The notes under the pieces were generated by a model. That model was given only the letters and a program-made list of their open reading frames with translations. It was not told the DNA's origin and made no database searches. 64,000 nucleotides of DNA from the human T2T-CHM13v2.0 reference genome, Homo sapiens, in assembly GCF_009914755.1 (NCBI RefSeq), contig NC_060932.1; one strand, given 5' to 3'. Shown here piece after piece: positions 43,136 to 56,780 of the stretch (its first letter is position 1; each line of letters begins with the position of its first letter). Made by a program: the position numbers and the translations under genes.

Positions 43136-43248
43136 TAAAAATTTTTAAAAATAAATAAATACATAAATAAATAAATGTGTGTATATGAATCCATGTGCAT
43201 GCACGTATGTGTAAATATTTCTCCAGGTATCCATCTTATCTATGTTAA

Positions 43249-43659
<411 letters not shown>

Positions 43660-45492
43660 TAATGAACAGAGATGTTGGAAAGTTCACGTGGGGCAAGAGG
43701 AGTGGGCTGAGAACATTGGACTTTTCCCTATGGTCAATGTGGCCTCATTCAACAAAAATCAAGATGAGTCAGATGCATGTAGAAAGAGACTCCGAAATGT
43801 GTCCTGCCTAGATGTTTGCAAACCGGGACTCTGTGTTATGCTCACAGGCCTTTGAATGTGTCTCTCCCTGGGCTTCATGTGCCCTTGCTGGTTTCTGGAC
43901 TGTCCTGTTCTGCTCCTGTCCTCCTACTGACAGCCTTTCCTGCTTTCCTTTCCCTCCCATGCCACTCCCACTCCATACAACCTCTTCCCCTGCACACTTC
44001 TCCTAGAACCCCTTGGTTAGCCCCATCAGGGATGTCCCTGCTTTCCTGGGACCCGAGGCACACAGCATGAGGATGAAACAGTTGACGTATCATGTAGTAT
44101 CCCCCACCTGGCTTCCTTCTCAGCCAGGCATCCCAAACTCAATTGTCTGCAGAGGCCAGGCAGGCAATAAAAATAAGTGATGTGGGCCTCCTGGGCAGTC
44201 AGGAGGGCTTGGTGCAGAACTGGAAGCACCAGAGGTAGCAAGGAACCAGGAGATCAGGCCAGCACCTGCTCTGAATGGTCAGGCACCTCCATGGTTGCAT
44301 AGCAAATCAGTTGTTGAGAAATGTTTTGACTATGGTCCTTGTGTAGGCCCAGTATAAAGGGGGAAATGGCCAGTCTGTGGCTGCTGATTATGGCCCTGAA
44401 AGTCTGCAGGCCCAGAATGGCCAGACCTGGTTGTTCAAAGGAAAACTGGCAGGTGGGAAGGGCGGAGGGCCTTGCCCCTTCCCATTTGCCTCCTGTGCCT
44501 GACAGTGTCACCGTAGCAATACTTTCCTGGCAGCAGGACTTTGTCCCATAACAATAGTTGATTTTAGTGTGTAGGGCTTTTGTTGTTGTTGTTTATTCCA
44601 TACTTGGAACCAGCTGCGTTGTGCTACTATCAGAGATGACAGCCCAGCCTGGAGCTCTGCAAGGTCCTCCAGGCTTCTCAGTTCTGATCATTCCACCAGC
44701 AGATCCCATCACCAAAGGGGTGTACTTGCTTCATGCAGCTGCTGCTTCTCCCAGACCTCATTGTCCCCCTTGTGCCTTTTCCATGTTCAATACAGGATTT
44801 GTTTTTTATCTGAAATTCTACCCATTAAAACATTTGGTATGTTTCCTCTTCTCTTGTGAGGTGTATTTCTGTATTTCCTACCTTTGCATCCTTTGCTCAG
44901 TTCAACTTGAAGCAGGTTTCCAAGCTCATCACTTGGAGGCCCAGGGCATTGCCACTGCCCCCCACCCCACCGCCTACCGCCCACCTGCAGGTCTGTGCCA
45001 GGAAGCCCTGCGTGCTGTCTGCGCCCCGTTTGGCTGCTTGCCCACAACCATGACTGCTCCTGAGGGGCTCGCCAGCAGCACTGTTTCCCAGCCTGCTGTG
45101 CATAAAGGTGACGCTTCGGGTTTTCCACAGTGAACAATGGTTCCCAGAGTGGGCAGGACTCCCTAGTGTCTGCAAGGGTGTGTGACCATGCAGGGTGGAA
45201 ACAACCTTGTCAAAATAAACCAGGGCAGTGCTGAGGGGGGAAGTGAGGCTAGCTGGGGGGAAATGTGGGCTGAGTGCTTCTTGGGGGGTTTCCTCTGTAC
45301 CGGTGCCCAGCTGCCCAAGGGTCCCAGAAGGCAGAGGCTGACACACTTCCTGTGACCCTTTCAGACTCGCCATTGGCCCCCACCAGATCAGGAATCTGTT
45401 TTCCCTTGTTGACCTTGAGCCACTCACAGAGTGGGAAAGGTTTGCCTATGGAACGAAAACAGTCCTCCTTCCATGATTTCCCCTTTGCTCCC

Positions 45493-45849
45493 ATGTTCAT
45501 CCATGTGGGCTGCTGTAACAAAATCCCATAAACTGGGTGGTTTACAAACAACAAAAATTTATTTCTCATAGTTCTCAAAGCTAAAAGTCCAAGATCAATG
45601 CGCTGGGAGATTTGGTGTCTGGTGAGAACCTGCTTCTTGGTTCAGTGTCTTCTTACCGCGTCCTCACGTGGAGGAAGGGGCGAGAAAGCTTTCTGGAGCC
45701 TCTTTTGTCAAGGCACTAATCCCATTCATGAGGACTCCACACTCGTGACTGGATCGCCTCCCAAAGCCCCTACCTCCAAATCCCATCACCTTGAGGGTTA
45801 GGATTTCAACTATGAACTTTGGGGAGACACCGACATTCAGACTGTAGCA
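45493..45849 (-). mobile_element. MLT1A-like solo LTR
   Basis: GGGCTGCTGTAACAAAAT...AAGGCACTAATCCCATTCATGAGG...ACATTCAGACTGTAGCA. Confidence 0.85.
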
Positions 45850-46240
45850 GCTCCCCAGCACAATCCTGCTCGACCGAATTCACCTTCCTGACCAGGCACA
45901 TCAACAATCTTTCTGTCCCTCTGATGCCAGAACGTTATGTTTCTGAGGGTGAAACTTGAGTGATTAATTGACAGTATTCCTCAGGAATCCTTGCTGATTG
46001 CTGAATGCATAAATGAGTGAAAGACCTGGATAATCCCCAACAGGCGCCTGAGTCTCACATCCGCCCTGGGTGATTCCCCATGGCCAGGGGCCCACCTCGG
46101 TTCCCAGGGATCCATGGGCATGATCATTGTGATGAGCCACTACTCTCCAATCTGGCCTCTGCACCTGTGTGACATTTTCCTCCCATTGCTTTACATGTTA
46201 CTCTTTCTTATTCAGTAGGATGTGCAGATTGGTCAGGGTG

Positions 46241-46677
46241 TGTATTAGTTTCCTAGAGCTGCTATAACAAAGTACCACAAACTAGGTTGCTCAAAACAAC
46301 AGAAATGTATTCTCTCATAGTTGTGGAAGCCAGAAGTCTGAAATCAAAGAGTTGTGAGGGCTGTGTTCTCCCTGCAGATGCCCAGAAAAATCCTCCCTTT
46401 CTCTCTCCCGGCCTCTGCTGGAGGCTGGCCATCCTTGGCGCTCTTTGGCTTGTCATTGCATCATCCAAGTCTCTGCCTCCATCCTCCTGTGTCCTCTCCT
46501 GTGTGTTTGTGTCCAAATTTCCCTTTTCTTAGAATTGCATCTTCTCTAAACCAGCATGACCTCATCATAACTTGATTACATCTGCAAAGACCCAATTTCC
46601 AAATAAGGCACATTCACAGGTTCTGGGAGTTAGGACTTCAACATAACACTTCTGAGGACACAGTTAAACCCACAACA
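46241..46677 (-). mobile_element. MLT1C-like solo LTR
   Basis: Starts TGTATTAGTTTCCTAG, ends AACCCACAACA. Confidence 0.85.
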
Positions 46678-46702
46678 GAGTATAAGGAGAAAATGTTACA
46701 AC

Positions 46703-47478
46703 TTCCTTTCTCTTCTTTTTTTTCCTTTTCTTTTCTTTTTTTCTCTTCTTTCTTTTTCCTTCCTCCCTCCCTGTCTCCCTCCCTCTCTGCCTCCCTCCCT
46801 CCCTCCCTCTTCCTTCCTTCCTTCCTTCCTTCCTTCCTCCCTTCTTTTTTCTTTCTTTTTTTGATGGAGTCCTGCTCTTTGCCCAGGCTGGAGTGCAGTG
46901 GTGCAATCTCGGCTTGCTGCAACCTCCATCTCCCAGGCAGGTTCAAGTAATTCTCCTGCCTAAGCCTCCCGAGTAGCTGGGACTACAGGCACCTACCACC
47001 ACACCTTTTTTTTTTTTTTAGTAGAGACAGGATTTCACTGTGTTAGACAATCCTGCCTCCCTCCCTCCCTCCCTTTCTTCCTTCCTTCCTTCTTTCCTTC
47101 CTTCCTTCTTTCCCTCCTTCCTTCCTCTCTTCTCCTCTCCTCTCTTACCCTCCCCTCCCCTTCTGTCTCCTCTGCTCCCCTGCCCTCCCTTCTCCTCCTT
47201 CTCCTTCTCCTTTTTCTTCTTCTCTTTGTTGTCCAGGCTGGAGTACAGTGGAAGGATCATGGCCCACTGTAGCCTAGACATCCCAGGCTGAAATGATCCT
47301 CTCTCCTCAGCCTCCCAAGTACCTGGGACTACAGGTATGTGTTCCCATGCCTGACTAGTTTTTGTATTTTTTGTAGAGACAGGATTTCATCATGTTGCCC
47401 AGGCTGGTCTTGAAGATATCTGCTTGCCTCTGCCTCCCAAAGTACTGGGATTACGGGTGTGCGCCATTGCGCCTGGCC
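46703..47478 (-). mobile_element. Two antisense Alus (about 46862-47055 partial; 47225-47478 AluJ-like), each with an expanded pyrimidine tail
   Basis: (TTCC/CTCC)n runs at about 46703-46862 and 47056-47227 abut the Alu 3' ends. Confidence 0.85.
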
Positions 47479-47677
47479 TGTTGATTTCTTTTTTATAAAA
47501 TGTCTTTGTTTTCATCCCTGTTATTATAATAATAATATAGGCATTCATATGCATATGTGTAAATTATAAGTGAGTTCTTATATAGATTTGGGGGACTATT
47601 CTCCAACATGACTGATGAGGGCATAGTCAAAAGACAAATTAATCAGGCCACCAGTCTGATTTATGAAGCGTCTCTGT

Positions 47678-48046
47678 CTTTGTCTATTTGGGCTGCTATA
47701 ACAAAATATCATAGAATAAAGGGCTTAGTTTATTTTCTTACTGTGCTAGAGGCTGGGAAGTCCAAGGTCAAGGTGTGAACTGATTCAGTTTCTGGTGGGG
47801 GCTCTCCTCTTGGCTTGCAGATGGTTGCCTTCTTCTGTGTCCTTACATGGTTGTAGGAGCAAAGAGGGTTCTCTGGTGTTTCTTCTTATAAGGACACATA
47901 TCCTTTCAGATTAGGACTTCACCCTTAGGACCTCGTTTAACCTTACTAACCTCCATAAGGTTTCTATCTCCAATAAAGTCACCTTAGGGGTTGGGACTTC
48001 AACATATGAATGCAGAATGGATGCTGGCACCTTTCAGTCCACAGCA
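47678..48046 (-). mobile_element. MLT1/MST-family solo LTR
   Basis: GGGCTGCTATAACAAAATATCATAGA...GAGGCTGGGAAGTCCAAGGTCAAGG...TTCAACATATGAAT. Confidence 0.8.
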
Positions 48047-48649
48047 GGCCGCAACTACTGTATTTCATTGTACAATAAGATCCCCTTGACTCTTGTGAAT
48101 TATAATGAACATTAGTCTGTAAAGCAGGTCCTTGTAATCCAGCCAGTTTGTATACAGTAGGTAATCAAGAACTATGGATTTACTGGGTTTATTGGGTGGG
48201 GGAGAAGGGAGGGCTTTATTCAGGTGCCAGCACTTCTTCACCTTTCTCTACATTTGCTCATCCTGGAGGTGGGGTTGAGCTGGGTCTGCCTTGTCCCCTC
48301 ACTTCCCTCTCTGCCGAGAGAGTCCTGAGCCCACCCATTACTGGTAGCAAAGCCCGGGGCACAATCTCCGTTTTCCTATTTGTAAAATGGAGCTAACAGT
48401 AGTACCCATCTCATCAGATGGCTGTAGAGATGAAATGAGATAATGTATTTGTGGCGTTAGGACAACAGTGGTCCTGCTACAGGGAGAAGCCTGGGCCAGG
48501 AGATAGACTAGTCTCCAGATACCACTGAAGTAGCCGTTCGAATACCAATTACCTGCCTCACTTTGCAGCTGTGCAGCCCTGAACAAGTTACTTTCCCTCT
48601 CTGATTTTCCACTCTTTGTTACCTGTAAATGTAACAATGCCTTTCTCTA

Positions 48650-49000
<351 letters not shown>

Positions 49001-49078
49001 TTACAACACAAAGGTTGGCAACTATCACTAATAAGTTTGACTGGGAAACCTCACTACTACATTTGTATTGTCTTAGAC

Positions 49079-49216
49079 CAAGCTTGTGAGATTTTTTTGT
49101 TATTTGTTTTTAAAGCTCATCAGCTATCGTTAGTGTTAGTGTATTTTATGTGTGGCCCAAGACAATTCTTCTTCTTCCAATGTGGCCCAGGGAAGCCAAA
49201 AGATTGGACACCCCTG
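49079..49216 (-). mobile_element. MER30 hAT element, internally deleted
   Basis: Ends CAAGCTTGT and TTGGACACCCCTG; 8-bp TSD TCTTAGAC (49071-49078, 49217-49224). Confidence 0.88.
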
Positions 49217-49667
49217 TCTTAGACTTTTAAGGAGCTGTGACTGAAGGATGGAGACTGGGCCAGGTGGGGCTTGGTGCAAGTTTAAGCTCTTAGGTCATTT
49301 CTAAATAGCAAACCTCTCAAATAGCATCCAACAGATATGCCCTAGTCTTGTCGTCTTTCCCCTGCTATCTTTTGTACATGTACCTTCTGCTGACTGCAGC
49401 GTGTCCTGGAGCCCTGACTTAGTTAAACCTCAGAACATCCCTCTGCATCCGGATGCATCCAGTACTCTCGGTTTGTCTGGCTCCTGCTGTACTCCCTGCA
49501 TCTGCCCAGCTGCTGACACAGCCACATATGGCTTCCTTTGCCCCAGCTTTCAGCATTCTGGTGGCTTGTAGTGCTGAGTGCTAGCAAAGAAAGTGGGTAC
49601 TCTCACACACTGCTGCTGAAAGGTGGAGGGTGATGAACAGGACCAACAGCTCTAAAGGACGTTTCGA

Positions 49668-51560
<1,893 letters not shown>

Positions 51561-52748
51561 AACAGTAAGAATGTGGGTTGTATGCATGAGTGTGATTCTA
51601 CACGTGTAGGTTTAGGTTTGATGTACTCCCATCCAGCTTATTCTCTTTTGCATTTTCCAGCACAGGCAGTGTTGTGCAATGTCTTGCCCAGTGGACACCC
51701 ACCTAATTTTCACTCCACAAACCACTGTCCTACATCTGATCCTTAACAAAGTATGTTAGTTGTAGACACAAAGGTGGCCTACATTTCATACTTGTTGACA
51801 GTAATGCTAGTTGACTCATCTTACCTTTGTCTGAGGAAGCTGGAAATTGTTTGTCCTCAGAAACTTTAGGGAGAAATTTATTACTAAGATTGTATCATTT
51901 TGGTCTCCCCAGAGAAATGAAAAATTAGAAATTGGCCATGTGACAATCGTTGCATTTACCTCTTTAAGGAGCAATGATTCTTTAAGTGGTGCTTGATTTA
52001 TCTAAACCCGATTAATTAGTGAACGGTCATCTGTTTCTCCCAGGAATTTTTAATGATCATTAGGCTTTTGTAGTTACTGTGAAATTTTGTTTACGTGGAT
52101 TTATTTTTGTGCAGGATTGTATACAGGGCAGATGCTCCTTAATTTAAGAAGGGAGATGTGAGAACAAAAATGTCTTCTCTTGAGTGAGGGCCTGTTATGT
52201 GCCCTGACTTGTTACAAATATCGACTAATGTAACCTTCTCTACCATGTACCTTTCTTCCAATTTATCAATGAGGAAACTGATGCAAAAATGTATGTTCCC
52301 ACAGGCTCTGGTGTGTTCACTGAGTTAGCTCCAGAAAGAACTGTCCCCTTCTCATGCCTGTTCCCTACTTCTTTTGCAGCTAATTCTCTGAAATGGTTTC
52401 TGTCTTCAGCTTTCTGGGCTGCCCCATCACCTGTGTTGCTTCTAAATGTTAGTTTCATTGCTGCCTTCTGGGTTCCTCTGCTTCTCTCTGACATGATGTC
52501 TCTACGGATGCATCTCTCAGTAATGATTATAATGGTGGTGATGATAATAAAAAGAGAATACACAAGTGTTTTTATCAATCCCTGACCATGCTGGGCACAA
52601 TGCTGAGCATGTGCAGGCATGATGTCTTTATTCTGCCCACTCAGCTGATGAGATTGAAGGGGCTCCCTGCAGGTTGGGGCCTGAAAAACACAGCCAGGTC
52701 CATCTAGGAACTAGAAGCTATGGTCAGGCTTACATGCTTTTTTCATAT

Positions 52749-52807
52749 CAGTGTTCATGTAGATGTTTAAGCTCTTGCAGTAGATTTTTGCAAGCTAGTG
52801 AACGCTG
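52749..52807 (+). ncRNA. MIR1206: Annotated miR-1206 precursor; mature TGTTCATGTAGATGTTTAAGC at 52752-52772
   Basis: Matches hsa-mir-1206 as I recall it except at 52784; CAGTGTTCA pairs with TGAACGCTG and CTTGCA with TGCAAG. Confidence 0.92.
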
Positions 52808-53440
52808 CCAAATTATGCTCGCCACACAATTGCAGCCACCTATTCCCAGGCAGTATAAATATATGGTTGAACTAACATTAATACCTATCACTGTTTTATC
52901 AAGTGACATAATCAAGATAATTATGAAGTATCCAAATATTAATTTTCATAGATTAAAAGCAGATAAAGTATTAGAAATCTGCTTATATCATTAGCAGAAA
53001 CATTTTTGGGGGCCACAGGGTAAGGAAAAGAGGGGAAAATATTGTCCTTCAACAAAAGTAATCATATTCTAGTAAGTATAATAAAAGAAATGACAAGCTT
53101 TTCAGAATTTCCACGACTAAAAATTGTTTTAGCTGCAGCTAAAAAAGCATCACATAACAAAATATCTCTTGTTTAAAATATTTGCTACAAAAAAGGCCTA
53201 TTCTATATGTCCTGCATAAGAACAAGTATCTTTATATAAGAAATGTGTTTAATAGCCCTCTTTCATTCTTTTTCTGAAGCCCTCCCTGTTAAATTGCACC
53301 CAAAGGGGAAACATTAATTGAACTGTAAAGCTTTTTTTTTTTCTGTCTAAAGACATTAAAGACATATAGGTGGTATTAAATGAACCTTTAACTAGAGCTC
53401 TGTGAGTTTTCAAAATAGATTTTATTTTTCTTTACCATAG

Positions 53441-53569
53441 GCCAACAGAGATTTTGAGAAACACATTGAAGGATCTGTTAACACTTGATATACCCAATAA
53501 AAGCAGTGGTTGTGCCAGTGCTGATCTGTCTTGATGTGAATGTGAACAATGGGAACCTGAGCTGAGCAG
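53441..53569 (+). ncRNA. PVT1: Probable alternative PVT1 exon (129 nt)
   Basis: Acceptor TTTTATTTTTCTTTACCATAG|G, donor CAG|GTAAAT, typical internal-exon size, in non-repetitive DNA. Confidence 0.65.
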
Positions 53570-54168
53570 GTAAATAATCATGTAGTACAGTCACCGTCTT
53601 CAGTGTTTGAGATGACTAGCAGGGTAAACCACGCTGTGTCTAAGATGCAGTGTTAATTCTGTTTGAAGTAAAAATATGCAAGCGTGGTACTGGATATTTT
53701 GGCACGCAATCTTGCGAAATTTCTCATTGATGAGATTCTGACATAGGAACTACATTTGAGTAAGAATCATAGCTCAATACAGCATGATTTCAGGAAAGTC
53801 GACTAAGATAAAAGTGTTTCTGAGGCTGAACAGCAAGAATCTTTTGCTAAGAGTTAGAATAGATTGACAAGAACCTAAAATCAGAAGTTGCAATTCTGCT
53901 GAGATACTGCTTTTCAGTTCTCCGGTGGAAGCTTCATTGGACATATTGTACATCAAGCCTCTATGTGACTGATTCCTGCCTCTTTATGTCTTGTTTTAGA
54001 TTCTCCATGGCAGTAGCTTTAGGCAACCCAGTTTTACTGAATGCAGCAATGGTTTCAGTGACCATTAGAGTCCAATTTTAGGATGATACTTCTCCAAATT
54101 GTTAAAACTCCCTGGTGCTTTTCTCTTATAAACTGCAAAATGTCTTCATATTTCATCCCGCTTTTCAG

Positions 54169-54295
54169 TTAATGTTAGGGTGACAGAAACTGGACCTCTC
54201 CCAAGACATGTGACAGAGTAATACAGCAGCCAACTTCTTCGCCAAATTAAAGTTTTACAAGATTTAACCTGTCATCAAGACCTGGGATTTTGGTG
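54169..54295 (+). ncRNA. PVT1: Probable alternative PVT1 exon (127 nt)
   Basis: Acceptor TTTCATCCCGCTTTTCAG|T, donor GTG|GTGAGT; an alternative acceptor lies at 53999|54000. Confidence 0.6.
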
Positions 54296-55124
54296 GTGAG
54301 TCATCTTCAAAAGCCAAGTTCGGTCCCTGGTTTGCCTTCTTTTCCGCACAAGAACAAGGGTTTTGATGGCTCTGGTCTCCAGGACCATCCGTGGCTTTCT
54401 ATTAGCAATAATCGCACCTCAGAGAAACCTCATTGGCTACGATACTGCCACTGCGCAAAGCTCATGGCTTTCTTTAATAGCAAATGGCCTCTGACTTTTA
54501 AGAAGCCATGTGGCTACCCCTCAGCAGACTTAGGAGAGGTCTTGGCTATTATTTGTTGTTTTATAAGGTGTCATCATTGAGCATCTACTCTGGATGAGGC
54601 TCTGTGCTGGGCTTGAGGGGTACAGGGAAGTTTCACATGTCCCGTCTTGTTGAATCACACACACTTGATCTCACTACAACAGCAGAAAACAAGTTAAAGT
54701 TCCCCAAGGGTTGACACATTTGCCTGCCGTGTTTATTGCTGCTGTGATTTCTGCAGCATGGTCCAAAGAAGGCAATCAGTCAACAGTGAATGGGTTGAGA
54801 TTTTGTGATTTTGGTTTAGGAGTCTTAATCTCTAGAATAAAATCTAATGAAAGGGTGGGGCTATGTTTTTCTCTTGCCTTGACTTCTTTGACTCTATTTG
54901 TAAATTCCAAATTTACCCAGGCCTCTGGCTCATTCTGTCTTAAGGTGCGGGGACCTCTAAAATGTAGATGGCAACAATCTTTAGACTATATGTGTCTTGA
55001 TGGTAGGGCAATCAAATTGATTTCCTCAGCATATACGAGTCATGTTTTGTAAGCATGGTGGGTACTTAGTCAATGTCTCAATCAGATTTGCTTCTGTTTA
55101 GCAAGATAATCTTTTGTGGGGGAG

Positions 55125-55504
55125 TGTTATGGACTGAACTGTTTTCCTTCTCCCAAACGTATATGATGAAACCTACCCCCATGTACTCAGTATTAAGAAG
55201 TGGACCTTTGGGAGATAATTCAGGTTAAATGAGATTATGAGGGTGGGGCCCTCGTGATGAAATTAGTGCCCTCAAAATAAGAGACCTCAGAGAGCTTACT
55301 GTCTCTCTTCTCTCTCTGCTACGTGAGGACACAATGAGAAGGGAGCCATCCACAATGCAAGGAGAGGGCCCTCATCAGAACAGACCATACTAGCACCTTG
55401 ATCTTGCACTTGTAGTCTTCAGAACTGTAAGAAAATGAATTTTCTATTATTTAAGCCACCCAGTCTGGTGCAGTCTATTATTGCCTTCCAAATGGAGAAA
55501 TACA
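55125..55504 (+). mobile_element. MLT1A-like solo LTR
   Basis: Starts TGTTATGGACTGAA, contains CTTCAGAACTGTAAGAAAATGAATTTCTATTATTTAAGCCACCCAGTCT, ends AATACA. Confidence 0.88.
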
Positions 55505-56619
55505 AGGAAACTAGGGCCGTCTTAGCTTCACAGAGAGAAGATGTGGAGAGGAGTTAGGAGGTAGAGACTGGACCTTGATGGTGGTGATATTCAATTAGTG
55601 AAAGGCTGAGAAGAGGTCAAATATACTTCTTGTGGCCCCAAAGATCAGAACCAAAATGGAAAGGTAGAAACAGTAGGCAAACAGAAAGCAACTTAATAAA
55701 AGGAAAAGGAACCTGAGAGAATGCTCTGTCTCTGACAGTGGTTGGGATCTCATCACTGGAGATATCCACACAGGGACTGTATTACTACTGAGAGGGGGTG
55801 GGGCTGAAAGGATCCAAGCATTGCACTGTGATGCGACCCCATAAGGTCCCTTAGTCTTTGGGACTTGTGAGCTCACAGTGAATCATTACAAACAGAAACG
55901 ATTCCCTCTTATTTGTGGAGCACATTAAAATTTCCAAAGCATTTTTGTGAGTACATTAGCTCCCATGATTTATATCAAAACATTAGAGTTGACATTCAAT
56001 ACACATTTGCTGAATGAGGGGGATGCATGAAGGAGCTATTGTGGTACCTTGGTTGGCAGAAGAGGAATACATGGGCAGAGTCATTTCTAGACTTGCTAGG
56101 AAAGGCCAAGCCAGGCTTGGACCTGGGTCTCTACTGTACTCTTTACTCTACTCAGTCTTTTCCAAGGTGGAAATAATATTTTCTCTGAGGCTGATGTTTT
56201 TCTGTTTGTTTTGCATTTTGGTAAATTCATCAACATCAATATCCCCTTTAATGCTCACAAATGCCCTTAGAACCAGCTTTTATTGTTCTCATTTTGCAAA
56301 TGAGGAAATGGAGGCTTCAAGAGTTGAGTGAGTTTAGCAAGGTTTTCAACTCTTCTTGGGCAGAGCATTAGGGTTGCAGACAGTTGGGCACCCTCTTCAA
56401 ATGAATGTGAGCCAACGTTGGCCCTGTTGGGTGTGCAAGGAGTTCTTGCAGAGTTGATGGAGACCCTGTTTCGAGTCACATGAATAATTAATCTAGGGAA
56501 ACAGTAGTCAAACAGTCAACTCATTCTTTCTTGCACTCTTGCTGATCCTCAGCAATTTCTCGGCTGCTCCTCCTGCCAGAGTCCTGTTTTGTACCTTGTA
56601 AACAAGTCACTCTAGGAGT

Positions 56620-56780
56620 TCCTAGTCCTGGCTGTATACCATAGTCACCTAGGGGCTTGCAAAATCTACTAATATCCACCCCACTCCCACCGTACTCCAG
56701 AGATTAAGATTTAATTGATCTAGAGAGGGATCTGGGCTTTGGTGTTTTAAAAAATCTCTTTAGATGGTTGAGAATCACCA
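56620..56780. mobile_element. MER5A-like relic
   Basis: CACCTAGGGGCTTG...CCAGAGATT..GATTTAATTG...GGTTGAGAATCAC. Confidence 0.6.

Noticed and set aside
44558-45427. Longest non-repeat ORFs (191 aa on +, 176 aa on -)
   Set aside because: Non-ATG starts, no recognisable domain, overlapping opposite-strand ORFs; compatible with chance.
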